DNA from: Pseudodesulfovibrio mercurii
GTDB lineage: Bacteria; Desulfobacterota; Desulfovibrionia; Desulfovibrionales; Desulfovibrionaceae
Assembly: GCF_000189295.2 (NCBI RefSeq)
Contig: NC_016803.1
Coordinates: 660,001-692,000, forward strand
Reading direction: 5' to 3'
Length of the DNA: 32,000 bases
Part shown: positions 18,786 to 32,000 of the stretch, piece after piece
How positions within the stretch are numbered: position 1 is the stretch's first letter
Layout: every line of letters starts with the position of its first letter
Notes under the pieces: model-generated
What the model saw: only the letters and a program-made list of their open reading frames with translations
Databases searched by the model: none
Told to the model about the DNA's origin: nothing
Program-made: the position numbers and the translations under genes

Positions 18786-21509
18786 TTAGAATTGCTGACC
18801 CATGATCAACTCGATGGTGTGCGTCTTCGAGTCGGCCAGGTCGTCCAGGGCGTAGGCGTAAATCACGCCCACGGGGCCCATCGGGGAATACCAGTTGATA
18901 CCGGCGCCGACGCTCTTGTACAGGCCCAGCGAAGGCGCGGCCATGGAGCCGCGCTCCACGGAGTCGAACCAGCTCTCCCCTTCCTTCCACGAGTTGCCTG
19001 CGTCGAAAAAGCCCAGGGCCACGATGCCCAGTTCCTTGCTGATGGGACGCTTGAGTTCGAGGTTGGTGTAGAAGGCCTTGTCGCCGCCCACCGCCGCGTC
19101 GGAATTGGGGCCGTCGGTCGGGGTGATGCCGTAGTTCGAGTAGCCGCGGACCGTGTACTGGCCGCCGAGTTCGAAGCGCTGGGCCGAGGGGATCGTGCCG
19201 CCGCCGAAGTTCTTGTGCAGGTAACCCGCCCAGAACTTGGAGTGGAAGACGACCTGCTCGAAGACCGGATGCCACCATTCGAATTCGCCGACGTACTTGA
19301 CGAAGTCGTCGGTGCCGCCGAGGGGGCCGCCGCCGAAGAGGATGGTCAGCTTGGTCTTGGTGCCCGTGGACGTGTTGCGGAAATCGTCACGGGTGTCGCG
19401 CGTGATCGTGCCGCCCAGGATGGAGGCCAGGTGCGAGCCCTCGTCGTTCTTGATCTCCTGGGAGGCGTCGTCGGAAACGTCGGTGATGTCGTAGGCTTCC
19501 AGGTTGTAGTCCCAGCGGAGCTTGGTGTACTCGCCGATGGGATAGAAGAAGTTGATGTCGGTGCCGGTGCCGGCCACGGTGTACTGGTTGTAGTCGGTGG
19601 ACCGCCGGTACACCTGGGCGCCGAAGCCGAGATCGGTGTCGTTGATGTGCGGGTTGGTGAAATGCAGGACGTATTTAGTCGTGGTCCCGCCCACCTGGCC
19701 GTTGAAGCCCACGTCGTAGCCGCGGCCGAAGAGGTTCTTCTCGGAAATCTCGCCGCCAAAGAAGATGCCGTCATAGGTGGAGAAGCCCACGCCGCCGCTG
19801 ATCTTGCCGGTGGCCTTGTCCTTGACCTTGACCACCAGGTCCATCTCCTCGGGGTTGCCCGTGGGCACCGGGGCGATATCGACCTTTTCGAAGAAGTCGA
19901 GGTTGGTCAGCCGCTGGCTGGAACGCCGGAGCTTCTCGCCGCTGAACTGATCGCCGTCGGCCAGACGCATCTCGCGCAGGATGACGTTGTCGCGGGTGAC
20001 CGTATTGCCCTCGATGAGCACCCGGCGGATATGCACCCGCTGGTGCTTGCTGATGGTGTAGACCACGTTGACGATCTTGGTCTCGGGGTCGTCGTCGAGC
20101 TTCACGCCCACGTCGGCGTAGGCGTAGCCGTAGTCGTTGTAGTAGTTGGTCAGGGCCGAGACGTCCTTCTGGAGGATGAGCCGGTCGAAATATTCGTCCT
20201 CATCCTTGAGCTGGTCGATCTGGGTCACCTGCAGGAGCTTGGACGGGTCGTCGATGAGGTCGCCGGTGAAGGAGGTGTCGCCCATCTTGTAGCGGTCGCC
20301 CTCCCATACCTTGTAGATGACGTCGATGCCGTCGTCCTTGATCTCCACCTCGGGCTGGCCGACCTTGGCGGTCAGGAAGCCCTTGGACTGGTAATAGGCC
20401 ATGATGGCCGAGGCGTCGCGGTCGAGGAGCTCTTCCTTGAGCACGCCGGAGTTGTCGATCCAGGAGAGCCAGCCGCGCTCCTTGAGGGCCAGGACGCCCT
20501 TGATGTCCTCGGGATCGAGCTGCTTGGCGCCGTCGATGATGACGTGCTCGATGTACAGCTGCGGCCCCTCGTCGATGACGAAGGTCAGCCGGGCGATGCC
20601 GGAGCCCGCGTCCTCGATCTCCTGGGTGACGTTGGCCTTGTAGTAGCCTTCCTTACGGTACATCTCGCGGATGACCCGGATGTCGTCGGACAGGACCTTG
20701 GGGTTGACCACGCTGCCCTTCTTGGTGGAGACCGCCTCGAGGATGTCGTCGGCGTCGATCTCCTTGGCTCCGCGCACGCCGATGGCCTGGATGCGCGGTT
20801 TCTCCTTGACCACGAAGACGACCTTCTTGCCGTCCTCGGCGTCCTCAAGCTTCACGCGGACATCGTCGAAATAACCGAGATCGTAGACGTTCTTCAGGGC
20901 CGTGTTGACGGACTTGGCGGTGATCATGTCACCTTTCTGCATGGTCATGCGCATGAGGACCACGTCCTTGTCCAGGACCTTGGTGCCCTCCACGTCCACT
21001 TCGGAGACGATGTCCAGGCGCAACAGGTCCATGCGCATGCGGTCCACCAGGGCGTCCACCGCGGGCAGCAGGTTGATCAGCCCCTTCTTTGTCACGGAAA
21101 TCTTCTTGCCCGGGTCCTTGGCGTAGGCGTCGACCAGTCGGGCGTCGATGGTCAGGTTCTCCCCGATCTGGTTCAGGGAGCCGTAGACGGAAAATTGGGC
21201 CCCGGCCAGCAGGGCGATCTCGCGCGCCTTGTCCGGGTCGAACTGGGTGTAGCCCTTGTCGCCGACCATGCGGCTCACTTCCTCGGGCGCGATGACCTTG
21301 AATCCGGCTTCCTTCAACCGGTCGCTCAGCAACTCAGGCAGGCTGTCCTTGAGATAGCTCAGGTCGTCGCCCGCGTTGACCTCGAAGGGCAGTACCGCGA
21401 CGGACACGTCCTGGTTGAGCTTTTCGGCGGCATGGCCCGTTCCGGCGGCCAGCAGGACAATGGTTGCGATCACCCCCATCGCCAGACCGCGGGCGAGATT
21501 ACTGAGCAT
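18786..21509 (-). CDS. bamA: Outer membrane protein assembly factor BamA (with extra N-terminal domain)
   Basis: 907 aa. Signal peptide, POTRA repeats starting about residue 167 (IVSEVDVEGTKVLDKDVV...YFDDVRVKLED...VKEKPRI), and a C-terminal Omp85 barrel ending ...THTIELIMGQQF. AGGAG SD 6 nt upstream. The ATG overlaps the lolD 3' end by 11 nt. Confidence 0.95.
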   Translation of the reverse strand: MLSNLARGLAMGVIATIVLLAAGTGHAAEKLNQDVSVAVLPFEVNAGDDLSYLKDSLPELLSDRLKEAGFKVIAPEEVSRMVGDKGYTQFDPDKAREIALLAGAQFSVYGSLNQIGENLTIDARLVDAYAKDPGKKISVTKKGLINLLPAVDALVDRMRMDLLRLDIVSEVDVEGTKVLDKDVVLMRMTMQKGDMITAKSVNTALKNVYDLGYFDDVRVKLEDAEDGKKVVFVVKEKPRIQAIGVRGAKEIDADDILEAVSTKKGSVVNPKVLSDDIRVIREMYRKEGYYKANVTQEIEDAGSGIARLTFVIDEGPQLYIEHVIIDGAKQLDPEDIKGVLALKERGWLSWIDNSGVLKEELLDRDASAIMAYYQSKGFLTAKVGQPEVEIKDDGIDVIYKVWEGDRYKMGDTSFTGDLIDDPSKLLQVTQIDQLKDEDEYFDRLILQKDVSALTNYYNDYGYAYADVGVKLDDDPETKIVNVVYTISKHQRVHIRRVLIEGNTVTRDNVILREMRLADGDQFSGEKLRRSSQRLTNLDFFEKVDIAPVPTGNPEEMDLVVKVKDKATGKISGGVGFSTYDGIFFGGEISEKNLFGRGYDVGFNGQVGGTTTKYVLHFTNPHINDTDLGFGAQVYRRSTDYNQYTVAGTGTDINFFYPIGEYTKLRWDYNLEAYDITDVSDDASQEIKNDEGSHLASILGGTITRDTRDDFRNTSTGTKTKLTILFGGGPLGGTDDFVKYVGEFEWWHPVFEQVVFHSKFWAGYLHKNFGGGTIPSAQRFELGGQYTVRGYSNYGITPTDGPNSDAAVGGDKAFYTNLELKRPISKELGIVALGFFDAGNSWKEGESWFDSVERGSMAAPSLGLYKSVGAGINWYSPMGPVGVIYAYALDDLADSKTHTIELIMGQQF

Positions 21510-22182
21510 AGAGTTCTCCTGAACGCAGTTCGAAGCGCCGATGCATCATCGCTGCGAGTTCCGGATTATGTGTCACGACGATAAAGGTCATACCCAATTC
21601 ATTGTTGAGAGAGGCCAGCAGGTTGCCGATCCTGGCGCCGTTTTCCTCGTCGAGGTTGCCGGTGGGCTCGTCGGCCAGCAGCACCTTGGGACGGAGAAGA
21701 ATGGCCCGGGCGATGGCCGCCCGCTGCCGCTCACCGCCAGACAGGGTGGTTACCTTGTGTTCGAGCCTGTGCGCAAGTCCAACCATGTCCAGGGCCTCCC
21801 GTGCCAGACGCAGCCCTTCGCCGCGCCCCTTCCCGGCAATAAAGGCGGGCATCGCCACGTTCTCCAGGGTGGAGAACTCGGGCAACAGATGGTGGAACTG
21901 GAACACGAAGCCGATCTCCCGGTTTCTGAGTGTCGCCCGCTCCCTGTCCCCCAGGGTGCCCAGATCGACGCCGTTCAGGAAGATCTTGCCGGCGGTCACA
22001 GTGTCCAGGGTGCCGAGCATATGCAGCAGCGTGGTCTTGCCGGACCCGGAGGCGCCCAGGATGGCCAGGGACTCGCCCCGGCGGATTTCCAGATCGACTC
22101 CGCGCAGCACGCGGACCACTTCCGAGGGTCCGTCGAACTCCTTGCTGACGTCAATCAGTTGGTATATCGCCTCCCTACTCAT
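21499..22182 (-). CDS. lolD: Lipoprotein-releasing ABC transporter ATP-binding protein LolD
   Basis: 227 aa. Walker A GASGSGKTT, signature LSGGERQRAAIARA, Walker B LLADEPTGNLD. The start overlaps the stop of the upstream LolC/E-type permease gene by 8 nt. Confidence 0.85.
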   Translation of the reverse strand: MSREAIYQLIDVSKEFDGPSEVVRVLRGVDLEIRRGESLAILGASGSGKTTLLHMLGTLDTVTAGKIFLNGVDLGTLGDRERATLRNREIGFVFQFHHLLPEFSTLENVAMPAFIAGKGRGEGLRLAREALDMVGLAHRLEHKVTTLSGGERQRAAIARAILLRPKVLLADEPTGNLDEENGARIGNLLASLNNELGMTFIVVTHNPELAAMMHRRFELRSGELYAQ

Positions 22183-23404
22183 AACGCAAGGCCTCCGACG
22201 GGCTCAGGCCCGCCGCCCGGCGCGCCGGGTAGATGGTGGCCACGAAGCAGAGCAGGAAGGCGGCCGCCCCGATGGTGAACAGGTCCAGCGCCTCCAGGCG
22301 CACGGGCAGGTAGTCCACGGGGTAGACGTTGCTCGGCAGCTTGATGAACTGGTACTCCTTGAGGAGCAGGCTCAGCGGCACGCCGATGAGAAAGCCGATG
22401 AAGGTCCCGGCCAGGCCGATGAAGGTCCCCTGGAACATGAAGATGTTGCGGATGGAGCGTTTGTCGGCCCCGAGGGACATGAGCACGGCGATGTCCTTGG
22501 TCTTCTGGATGACCAGCATGACCAGGGTGGTGACGATGGAGAAGGAGCCCACCAGAACGATCATGGCCAGGATGATGAACATGGCCGTCTTCTCGAGCTC
22601 CAGGGCGGCGAAGAGGTTGGCGTTCATCTCCTGCCAGTTGCGCACGTAGACCGTGAACGACGCGACCTTGTCGCGCAGGTCGTTCGAAATCTTCTTCACG
22701 TTGTAGACGTCGTCCACGCTGATCTCGAGGCCCGAGACCAGATCGCCCTTGAAGCCGAGCAGCTGGCGGGCGGCCGGGATGCTGACGTAGCCCATGGAGG
22801 AGTCGTACTCGAACATGCCGGTGCGGAAGATGCCGGCCACGGCGAAGCGGCTGACCTTGGGCGTGAACCCGGCCGCGCTGGTCCGGCCGGACGGCGAAAG
22901 CAGGTTGACCAGGGACCCCTCGGTCAGACCGAGGCGCTTGGCCAGCTCCGAGCCGATGATGATCCCGGGGAAGTCGCCGTTGTCGTTCAGGCGGCTGACG
23001 CTGCCGCTGATCATGTCCTTGGACAGGGACAGGACCGAGGACGAGGTGGACGGGTCGATACCGCGCAGGACCACGCCCTTGACCCCGGTACGGGTGGAAA
23101 GCATGACCTCGGAATAGACGAAGGGCGTCACTCCCGTGACGCCCGGAACCTTCTTCGCCTCGTCGGCCAGTTCCTCGTAGTCGCTGATGCCGCCCCGCAG
23201 GGAGGTGATCAGGATATGTGCGTTGACCCCGAGGATCTTGTCCCGCAGGTCGGTGGAGAAACCGTTCATCACGCCGATGACCACGATGAGCGCGCCCACG
23301 CCGATGGCCACCCCGCAGACCGCGAACAGCGATATAACGGAAATGAACGACTGCTTGCGCAGGGCGAACAGGTATCTCAGTGCGACGAAGGTCTCAAACC
23401 GCAT
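22175..23404 (-). CDS. lolC: Lipoprotein-releasing ABC transporter permease LolC/LolE family
   Basis: 409 aa, MRFETFVALRYLFALRKQSFISVISLFAVCGVAIGVGALIVVIGVMNGF... (MacB/FtsX-like topology with a large periplasmic loop). Confidence 0.85.
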   Translation of the reverse strand: MRFETFVALRYLFALRKQSFISVISLFAVCGVAIGVGALIVVIGVMNGFSTDLRDKILGVNAHILITSLRGGISDYEELADEAKKVPGVTGVTPFVYSEVMLSTRTGVKGVVLRGIDPSTSSSVLSLSKDMISGSVSRLNDNGDFPGIIIGSELAKRLGLTEGSLVNLLSPSGRTSAAGFTPKVSRFAVAGIFRTGMFEYDSSMGYVSIPAARQLLGFKGDLVSGLEISVDDVYNVKKISNDLRDKVASFTVYVRNWQEMNANLFAALELEKTAMFIILAMIVLVGSFSIVTTLVMLVIQKTKDIAVLMSLGADKRSIRNIFMFQGTFIGLAGTFIGFLIGVPLSLLLKEYQFIKLPSNVYPVDYLPVRLEALDLFTIGAAAFLLCFVATIYPARRAAGLSPSEALRYE

Positions 23405-23409
23405 AGACC

Positions 23410-24993
<1,584 letters not shown>

Positions 24994-25142
24994 AATTATT
25001 TTCCCCGTCCCGCACAAAATCTGGAAAAATCCGCGAGACGTTGATTCCGTAAGCCATATAACCGATGCCGTCAAGAAAATGGGAACCTTAGCCCCCGGCA
25101 AAAGCGTATTTGCATTTTCCTGAAAAAGTCCACTTTTTTTGC

Positions 25143-25171
25143 TTGACCCCCCGAAACGATTTGTTTAAACA
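25143..25171 (+). promoter_or_regulatory. Candidate sigma-70 promoter for tRNA-Asn
   Basis: TTGACC (25143-25148), a 17-nt spacer, then TAAACA (25166-25171). An alternative reading is TGtTTAAAC as an extended -10. It lies about 25 nt upstream of the mature tRNA 5' end. Pattern only. Confidence 0.3.
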
Positions 25172-25196
25172 CTCTTCTCGCTTCGGCGAGAAATGT

Positions 25197-25272
25197 TCCC
25201 CAGTAGCTCAATCGGCAGAGCGGGTGACTGTTAATCACTAGGTTCGCGGTTCAAGTCCGTGCTGGGGAGCCA
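25197..25272 (+). tRNA. tRNA-Asn (anticodon GTT), CCA encoded
   Basis: Cloverleaf folded by hand. Acceptor TCCCCAG/CTGGGGA. D-arm GCTC/GAGC. Anticodon stem GGTGA/TCACT with loop CTGTTAA (GTT at 25230-25232). T-arm CGCGG/CCGTG with loop TTCAAGT. Discriminator G, then CCA. Confidence 0.95.
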
Positions 25273-25280
25273 AGGAAATC

Positions 25281-25313
25281 AAAACCCCTTACGAGCGATC
25301 GTAAGGGGTTTTT
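25281..25313 (+). terminator. Rho-independent terminator after tRNA-Asn
   Basis: AAAACCCCTTACG [agcgat] CGTAAGGGGTTTT. The GC-rich core is 9 bp, extended by A-T pairs and followed by a T-run (25309-25313). Confidence 0.85.
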
Positions 25314-25696
25314 CCTTGCCCTCCGTTGCCCTGCCGCGCCGCACGGCCACACCCCGCCGCCTGTTCCCCTTCATACTGTACAGCCCCTCGCCCGTCCCGT
25401 CGGCCAAAATCGGCCTGAAGCGGGCTTTCCGTCATTTATACCCACAATATCCATCTGTTGCAGTGGCGCACAGACAACCGCCTGGCCGTTTGTCGACACA
25501 CCGGCTCCTGCCGCGTCCCTCCGCCTCGGAGCGGAGGATCCGCCCCGCCCGGCCAAAGAGGCATTGCCCAAAGCGGGCGCTCGGGGTAGCCTTGGGCTCG
25601 ACGAGGCGGTCCCCCAGTCCCGGTGCCGCCGATGCGGACGCCGCGTGCGCCGGACCCGCCAAGCTCAACCCCTACCCCCTGCCGGGAGGCATGGTC

Positions 25697-26743
25697 ATGA
25701 AACAGAACCGGACCGCCCTCATACTGATCGTCTGCGCCGTGCTGCTCGCCGTCGGCGCCTTCTTTCTCCTGAACCGGACCCCGGAGGAGCCCTCCATGGT
25801 CCGGTCCGAGGTGACCCCGCCCGCCCCCGAGCCCGCCAGGGCCCCGGACTGGGTGGACAAGGGCCAGGAGGCCAAGCCCGACTACTCGGCGGCCACGGCC
25901 CAGCCCGAGGCCGCCGCCCCGGCACCGGCCGCCCAGCCCGAGCAGCCCAAGGAGCCCAAAACCATCGAGGTGGCCGAGGACAAGGTGGTCACCTTCACCT
26001 TCGTGGAGTCCCTGTCCGACTTCCTGCTGCACCGATTCCACCCGCGCGGCCCCAAGGGCAAGCCCGAAAGCCTGGTCTCCGCCGTGGCCCTGAACCGCTA
26101 CTACGGTCGCGAGCTGGACGGCTTCGCCGTGTCCGGCGACGACATCGACGCCTCGCGCAAGGCGGTCTACGACTACGCCTTCAATCCGGCCACGCTCAAG
26201 ACCCTGTACGCCCTCTACGCCCCGGCCTTCATGGTCCACCTGGTGGACACCGCGGCCAACACCGAGCGCGAATACACGGTGGGCGACGCCACCGAGACCC
26301 GGACCCTGACCACTGATGAGATAAAGGTCATGCTCCGCCTCGACGCCCGGCGCATCGAGCGCACCGCCGAGGTGCTGCACGCCTTTGCCGACGACCCGTC
26401 CATCCTCGAATCGGCGGCCGGGTACCGCCGCGCGGCCAAGGCCGTGGAGCGGGCCAACGGCCAGCTGCAGGCCGCCATGGCCGAGGGCAAGGGCACGGGC
26501 GAGGCCAGCGACCGCCTCAAGCAGGCCATCCTGGCCCGCGAACGGACCAGGGCCGAGATCGTCACCAAGCTGCGCCAGGTCTGCCAGTCCTGCCCGGAAT
26601 CCGAGCTCTTCTACCTCTCCCAGTGGGGCTACCGGCGCTCCCTGGGCCGGGATGGCGGCAACGCCGAGGCCTTCGGGGCGGCCGCCGGCATCCTGGACGA
26701 CCTGGCCGCGCGCTTCCGGACCAGGGCCGACGAACTAGAATGA
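25697..26743 (+). CDS. Hypothetical membrane-anchored protein (N-terminal TM, Pro/Ala-rich linker, about 250-aa domain of unknown function with CxxC)
   Basis: GGGAGG SD 7 nt upstream of ATG 25697. MKQNRTALILIVCAVLLAVGAFFLL (single TM), then a PPAPEPARAP...AAPAPAAQPEQPKEPK linker, then a globular part with typical host codon bias and CQSC at 26582-26593. The track ORF 25259-26743 runs through the tRNA and its terminator, so its 5' part is rejected. Confidence 0.7.
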   Translation: MKQNRTALILIVCAVLLAVGAFFLLNRTPEEPSMVRSEVTPPAPEPARAPDWVDKGQEAKPDYSAATAQPEAAAPAPAAQPEQPKEPKTIEVAEDKVVTFTFVESLSDFLLHRFHPRGPKGKPESLVSAVALNRYYGRELDGFAVSGDDIDASRKAVYDYAFNPATLKTLYALYAPAFMVHLVDTAANTEREYTVGDATETRTLTTDEIKVMLRLDARRIERTAEVLHAFADDPSILESAAGYRRAAKAVERANGQLQAAMAEGKGTGEASDRLKQAILARERTRAEIVTKLRQVCQSCPESELFYLSQWGYRRSLGRDGGNAEAFGAAAGILDDLAARFRTRADELE

Positions 26744-26754
26744 TTGTTCACATG

Positions 26755-26783
26755 TTGCATTGATCCTTCTTTGTGCTTATTCT
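26755..26783 (+). promoter_or_regulatory. Candidate sigma-70 promoter for the MBL/rhodanese gene
   Basis: TTGCAT (26755-26760), a 17-nt spacer, then TATTCT (26778-26783), in the 77-nt AT-richer gap. Pattern only. Confidence 0.3.
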
Positions 26784-26820
26784 TGTCGGAGCAAGAAGAG
26801 AAGTCATCAAGGAGCCCCCA

Positions 26821-28203
26821 ATGTACTTCAAGCAGATCACCACACCCGGACTCGGTTGCTTTTCCTACGCCATCGGCTGCCCCGCCGCCGGTGAAATGGT
26901 CGTCGTGGACCCCAAGCGGGACGTGCAGGACTACCTGGACATCTCCCGCGAGGAAGGCATGAAGATCGTCCACGTCATCGACACCCACGTGCACGCGGAC
27001 CACGTATCCGGTGCGCAGGAACTGAAATCCCAGACCGGCTGCGACGTCATGGTCTACGAGACCTCGCCGGTCAGCTACGACTTCACCCCGCTCAAGGAGG
27101 GGGAGCAGCTGGTCGTGGGCAACGCCAAACTCGAGGTCCTGCACACCCCCGGCCACACCCCGGACGCCCTGTCCCTGCTGGTCACGGACACCACGCGCGG
27201 CGACGAGCCCTGGATGCTGCTGACCGGCGACGTGCTCTTCGTGGGCGACATCGGACGGCCCGACCTGGTGGGCGGCGCCAAGCTCGACGAGCAGGTCCAC
27301 AACCTGTGGAACTCCCTCTACGTCAAGTTCGCCAAGTTCCCGGACAGCCTGGAGGTCTTCCCGGCCCACGGCGCGGGCTCCCTGTGCGGGCGCGGCATGT
27401 CCTCCAAGCCGAGCTCCACGCTGGGCTTCGAGCGGCGCCACAACCCCATGCTCGGCTTCGACAACTTCGAGTCGTTCCACCTGGCCATGAGCCAGAACTT
27501 CCCGGCCCGGCCCAAGTCCTTCACCCACATCATCTCCACCAATGCCGAAGGCGCGCCGCTGCTCGAACGCTGCCCGCTGGACCTGGCCATGAACCCGTAC
27601 AGGTTCGAGGAGAAGATGCAGGACGGCGCGGTGGTCATCGACGTGCGCGACGCCGCGGCCTTCGCCGGGTACCACATCCCCGGCTCCCTGAACATCGGCT
27701 TCGAGCCGAGCCTGGCCAACTGGGTGGGCATGACCGTGGAGCCGGACGCCGACATCCTCCTGGTGGTCGACACCCGCGACGACTACGAGCGCATGCGCAT
27801 CGAGCTGCACCGCATCGGCTACGACAACATCTTCGGCTACCTGTCCGGCGGCATCCAGGCCTGGGTCTACTCCGGCCGCCCGGTGGACTCCCTGGCCATC
27901 GACTCGGCCCAGGTCCTCCAGAACATTCAGGAGGAAGGCAAGCCCATCAGCCTGATCGACGTGCGCACCCCGGCCGAGTGGGCCGGCGGGCACATTCCCG
28001 GCGCTAAGCACATCCCGCTGATCGACATCCTGGACGGCAAGTTCGACCTCGACGAGAACGCCCACCACCTGCTCTACTGCGCGGCGGGCTACCGGGCGAA
28101 CATCGCCGCCTCCTATCTCCAGAAGCACGGCTACTGGGACGTGCGCAGCCTGGCGGGCGGCTATCTCGCCTGGAGCCGCGCGGGCTTCCACACCGAAAAA
28201 TGA
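26821..28203 (+). CDS. MBL-fold persulfide-dioxygenase-like protein fused to two rhodanese domains (CstB-like architecture)
   Basis: AAGGAG SD 6 nt upstream of ATG 26821. 460 aa. HxHxDH motif (VIDTHVHADHVSG). The first rhodanese-like domain lacks the catalytic Cys (LLVVDTRDDYE). The second has an active-site loop LLYCAAGYRA (CX4R). Confidence 0.85.
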   Translation: MYFKQITTPGLGCFSYAIGCPAAGEMVVVDPKRDVQDYLDISREEGMKIVHVIDTHVHADHVSGAQELKSQTGCDVMVYETSPVSYDFTPLKEGEQLVVGNAKLEVLHTPGHTPDALSLLVTDTTRGDEPWMLLTGDVLFVGDIGRPDLVGGAKLDEQVHNLWNSLYVKFAKFPDSLEVFPAHGAGSLCGRGMSSKPSSTLGFERRHNPMLGFDNFESFHLAMSQNFPARPKSFTHIISTNAEGAPLLERCPLDLAMNPYRFEEKMQDGAVVIDVRDAAAFAGYHIPGSLNIGFEPSLANWVGMTVEPDADILLVVDTRDDYERMRIELHRIGYDNIFGYLSGGIQAWVYSGRPVDSLAIDSAQVLQNIQEEGKPISLIDVRTPAEWAGGHIPGAKHIPLIDILDGKFDLDENAHHLLYCAAGYRANIAASYLQKHGYWDVRSLAGGYLAWSRAGFHTEK

Positions 28204-28219
28204 TCCCCGAGAAACCATC

Positions 28220-28252
28220 GGCGGCCCCGGAATGCCGGGGCCGCCTTTTTTT
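28220..28252 (+). terminator. Rho-independent terminator after the MBL/rhodanese gene
   Basis: A perfect 11-bp GC-rich stem GGCGGCCCCGG [aatg] CCGGGGCCGCC followed by TTTTTTT. Confidence 0.9.
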
Positions 28253-28463
28253 CGGTCCGCAGTCCGGGGCGAGGACATACGCAACCGGCTGTATCGACAG
28301 CCGATCCGGCATGGGACGGGAGATCCGGACAAGACCGCCGACCCGGCCGCCGGGCCGCCGTCACCCCCGCCGCCGCCCGAGAAATTCGGTAAATGGCTTG
28401 GATTGGTCGGGGAACGGAGGGCAAAGGACTTGACCCCGGCTGCATAAATCGCGAAACAACTAG

Positions 28464-32000
<3,537 letters not shown>

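Noticed and set aside
18792-21584. 930-aa plus-strand ORF
   Set aside because: It is antisense to bamA and is an artefact of the same kind.
25259-25696. Upstream extension of the hypothetical protein ORF
   Set aside because: It would read through the tRNA-Asn 3' end and its terminator. The translation is Arg/Pro-rich, and a GGGAGG SD sits in front of ATG 25697.
25197-28252. tRNA-Asn-adjacent genomic island or integrated element
   Set aside because: There is no integrase or recombinase and no direct repeat of the tRNA 3' end downstream. GC content and codon usage of the two adjacent genes look native.
28335-28380. C-rich (CCG)n-like tract as G-quadruplex or i-motif
   Set aside because: The complementary strand has only three runs of three or more G. 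This is not a canonical G4 pattern, and such tracts are common in high-GC intergenic DNA.
28200-28447. Small plus-strand ORFs (77 aa and 71 aa) between the MBL gene and por
   Set aside because: They start inside or run across the strong terminator, have no SD, and encode Arg/Pro-rich peptides.

Overview
High-GC (roughly 65%) bacterial chromosome segment. Gene content and protein similarity point to a Desulfovibrio-like deltaproteobacterium, most clearly the D. africanus-type pyruvate:ferredoxin oxidoreductase. This taxon call is an inference. The window is almost entirely core housekeeping. Minus strand, left to right: tolA (partial), tolR and tolQ. Then a PHP phosphoesterase, a DUF151 nuclease and miaB. 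Then three stacked predicted kinases (P-loop, APH-fold, PfkB) and cutA. Plus strand: nth-tgt. Minus strand again: a nearly uninterrupted string of about 15 kb devoted to outer-membrane biogenesis, transcribed in the order lysS-lolC-lolD-bamA-skp-lpxD-fabZ-lpxA-lpxI-DUF89-asmA-yihY, with many overlapping start/stop codons. Plus strand: tRNA-Asn(GTT), a membrane-anchored hypothetical protein, a CstB-like MBL/rhodanese protein, and the first 1139 codons of por. I found no CRISPR array, transposase, integrase, toxin-antitoxin pair or recognisable defence-system hallmark. I cannot point to a convincing novel system. The best leads are function-unknown arrangements inside core operons: the three-kinase operon; the DUF89 phosphatase translationally coupled to asmA; a YihY membrane protein fused to an Rrf2-like winged helix; an extra N-terminal domain on BamA; and the hypothetical plus persulfide-dioxygenase/rhodanese pair. 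All are scored modestly. The many long ORFs antisense to real genes in the supplied track are GC-bias artefacts. Several track ORFs begin at alternative codons upstream of the real start, and I re-set those starts using SD spacing and family N-termini.
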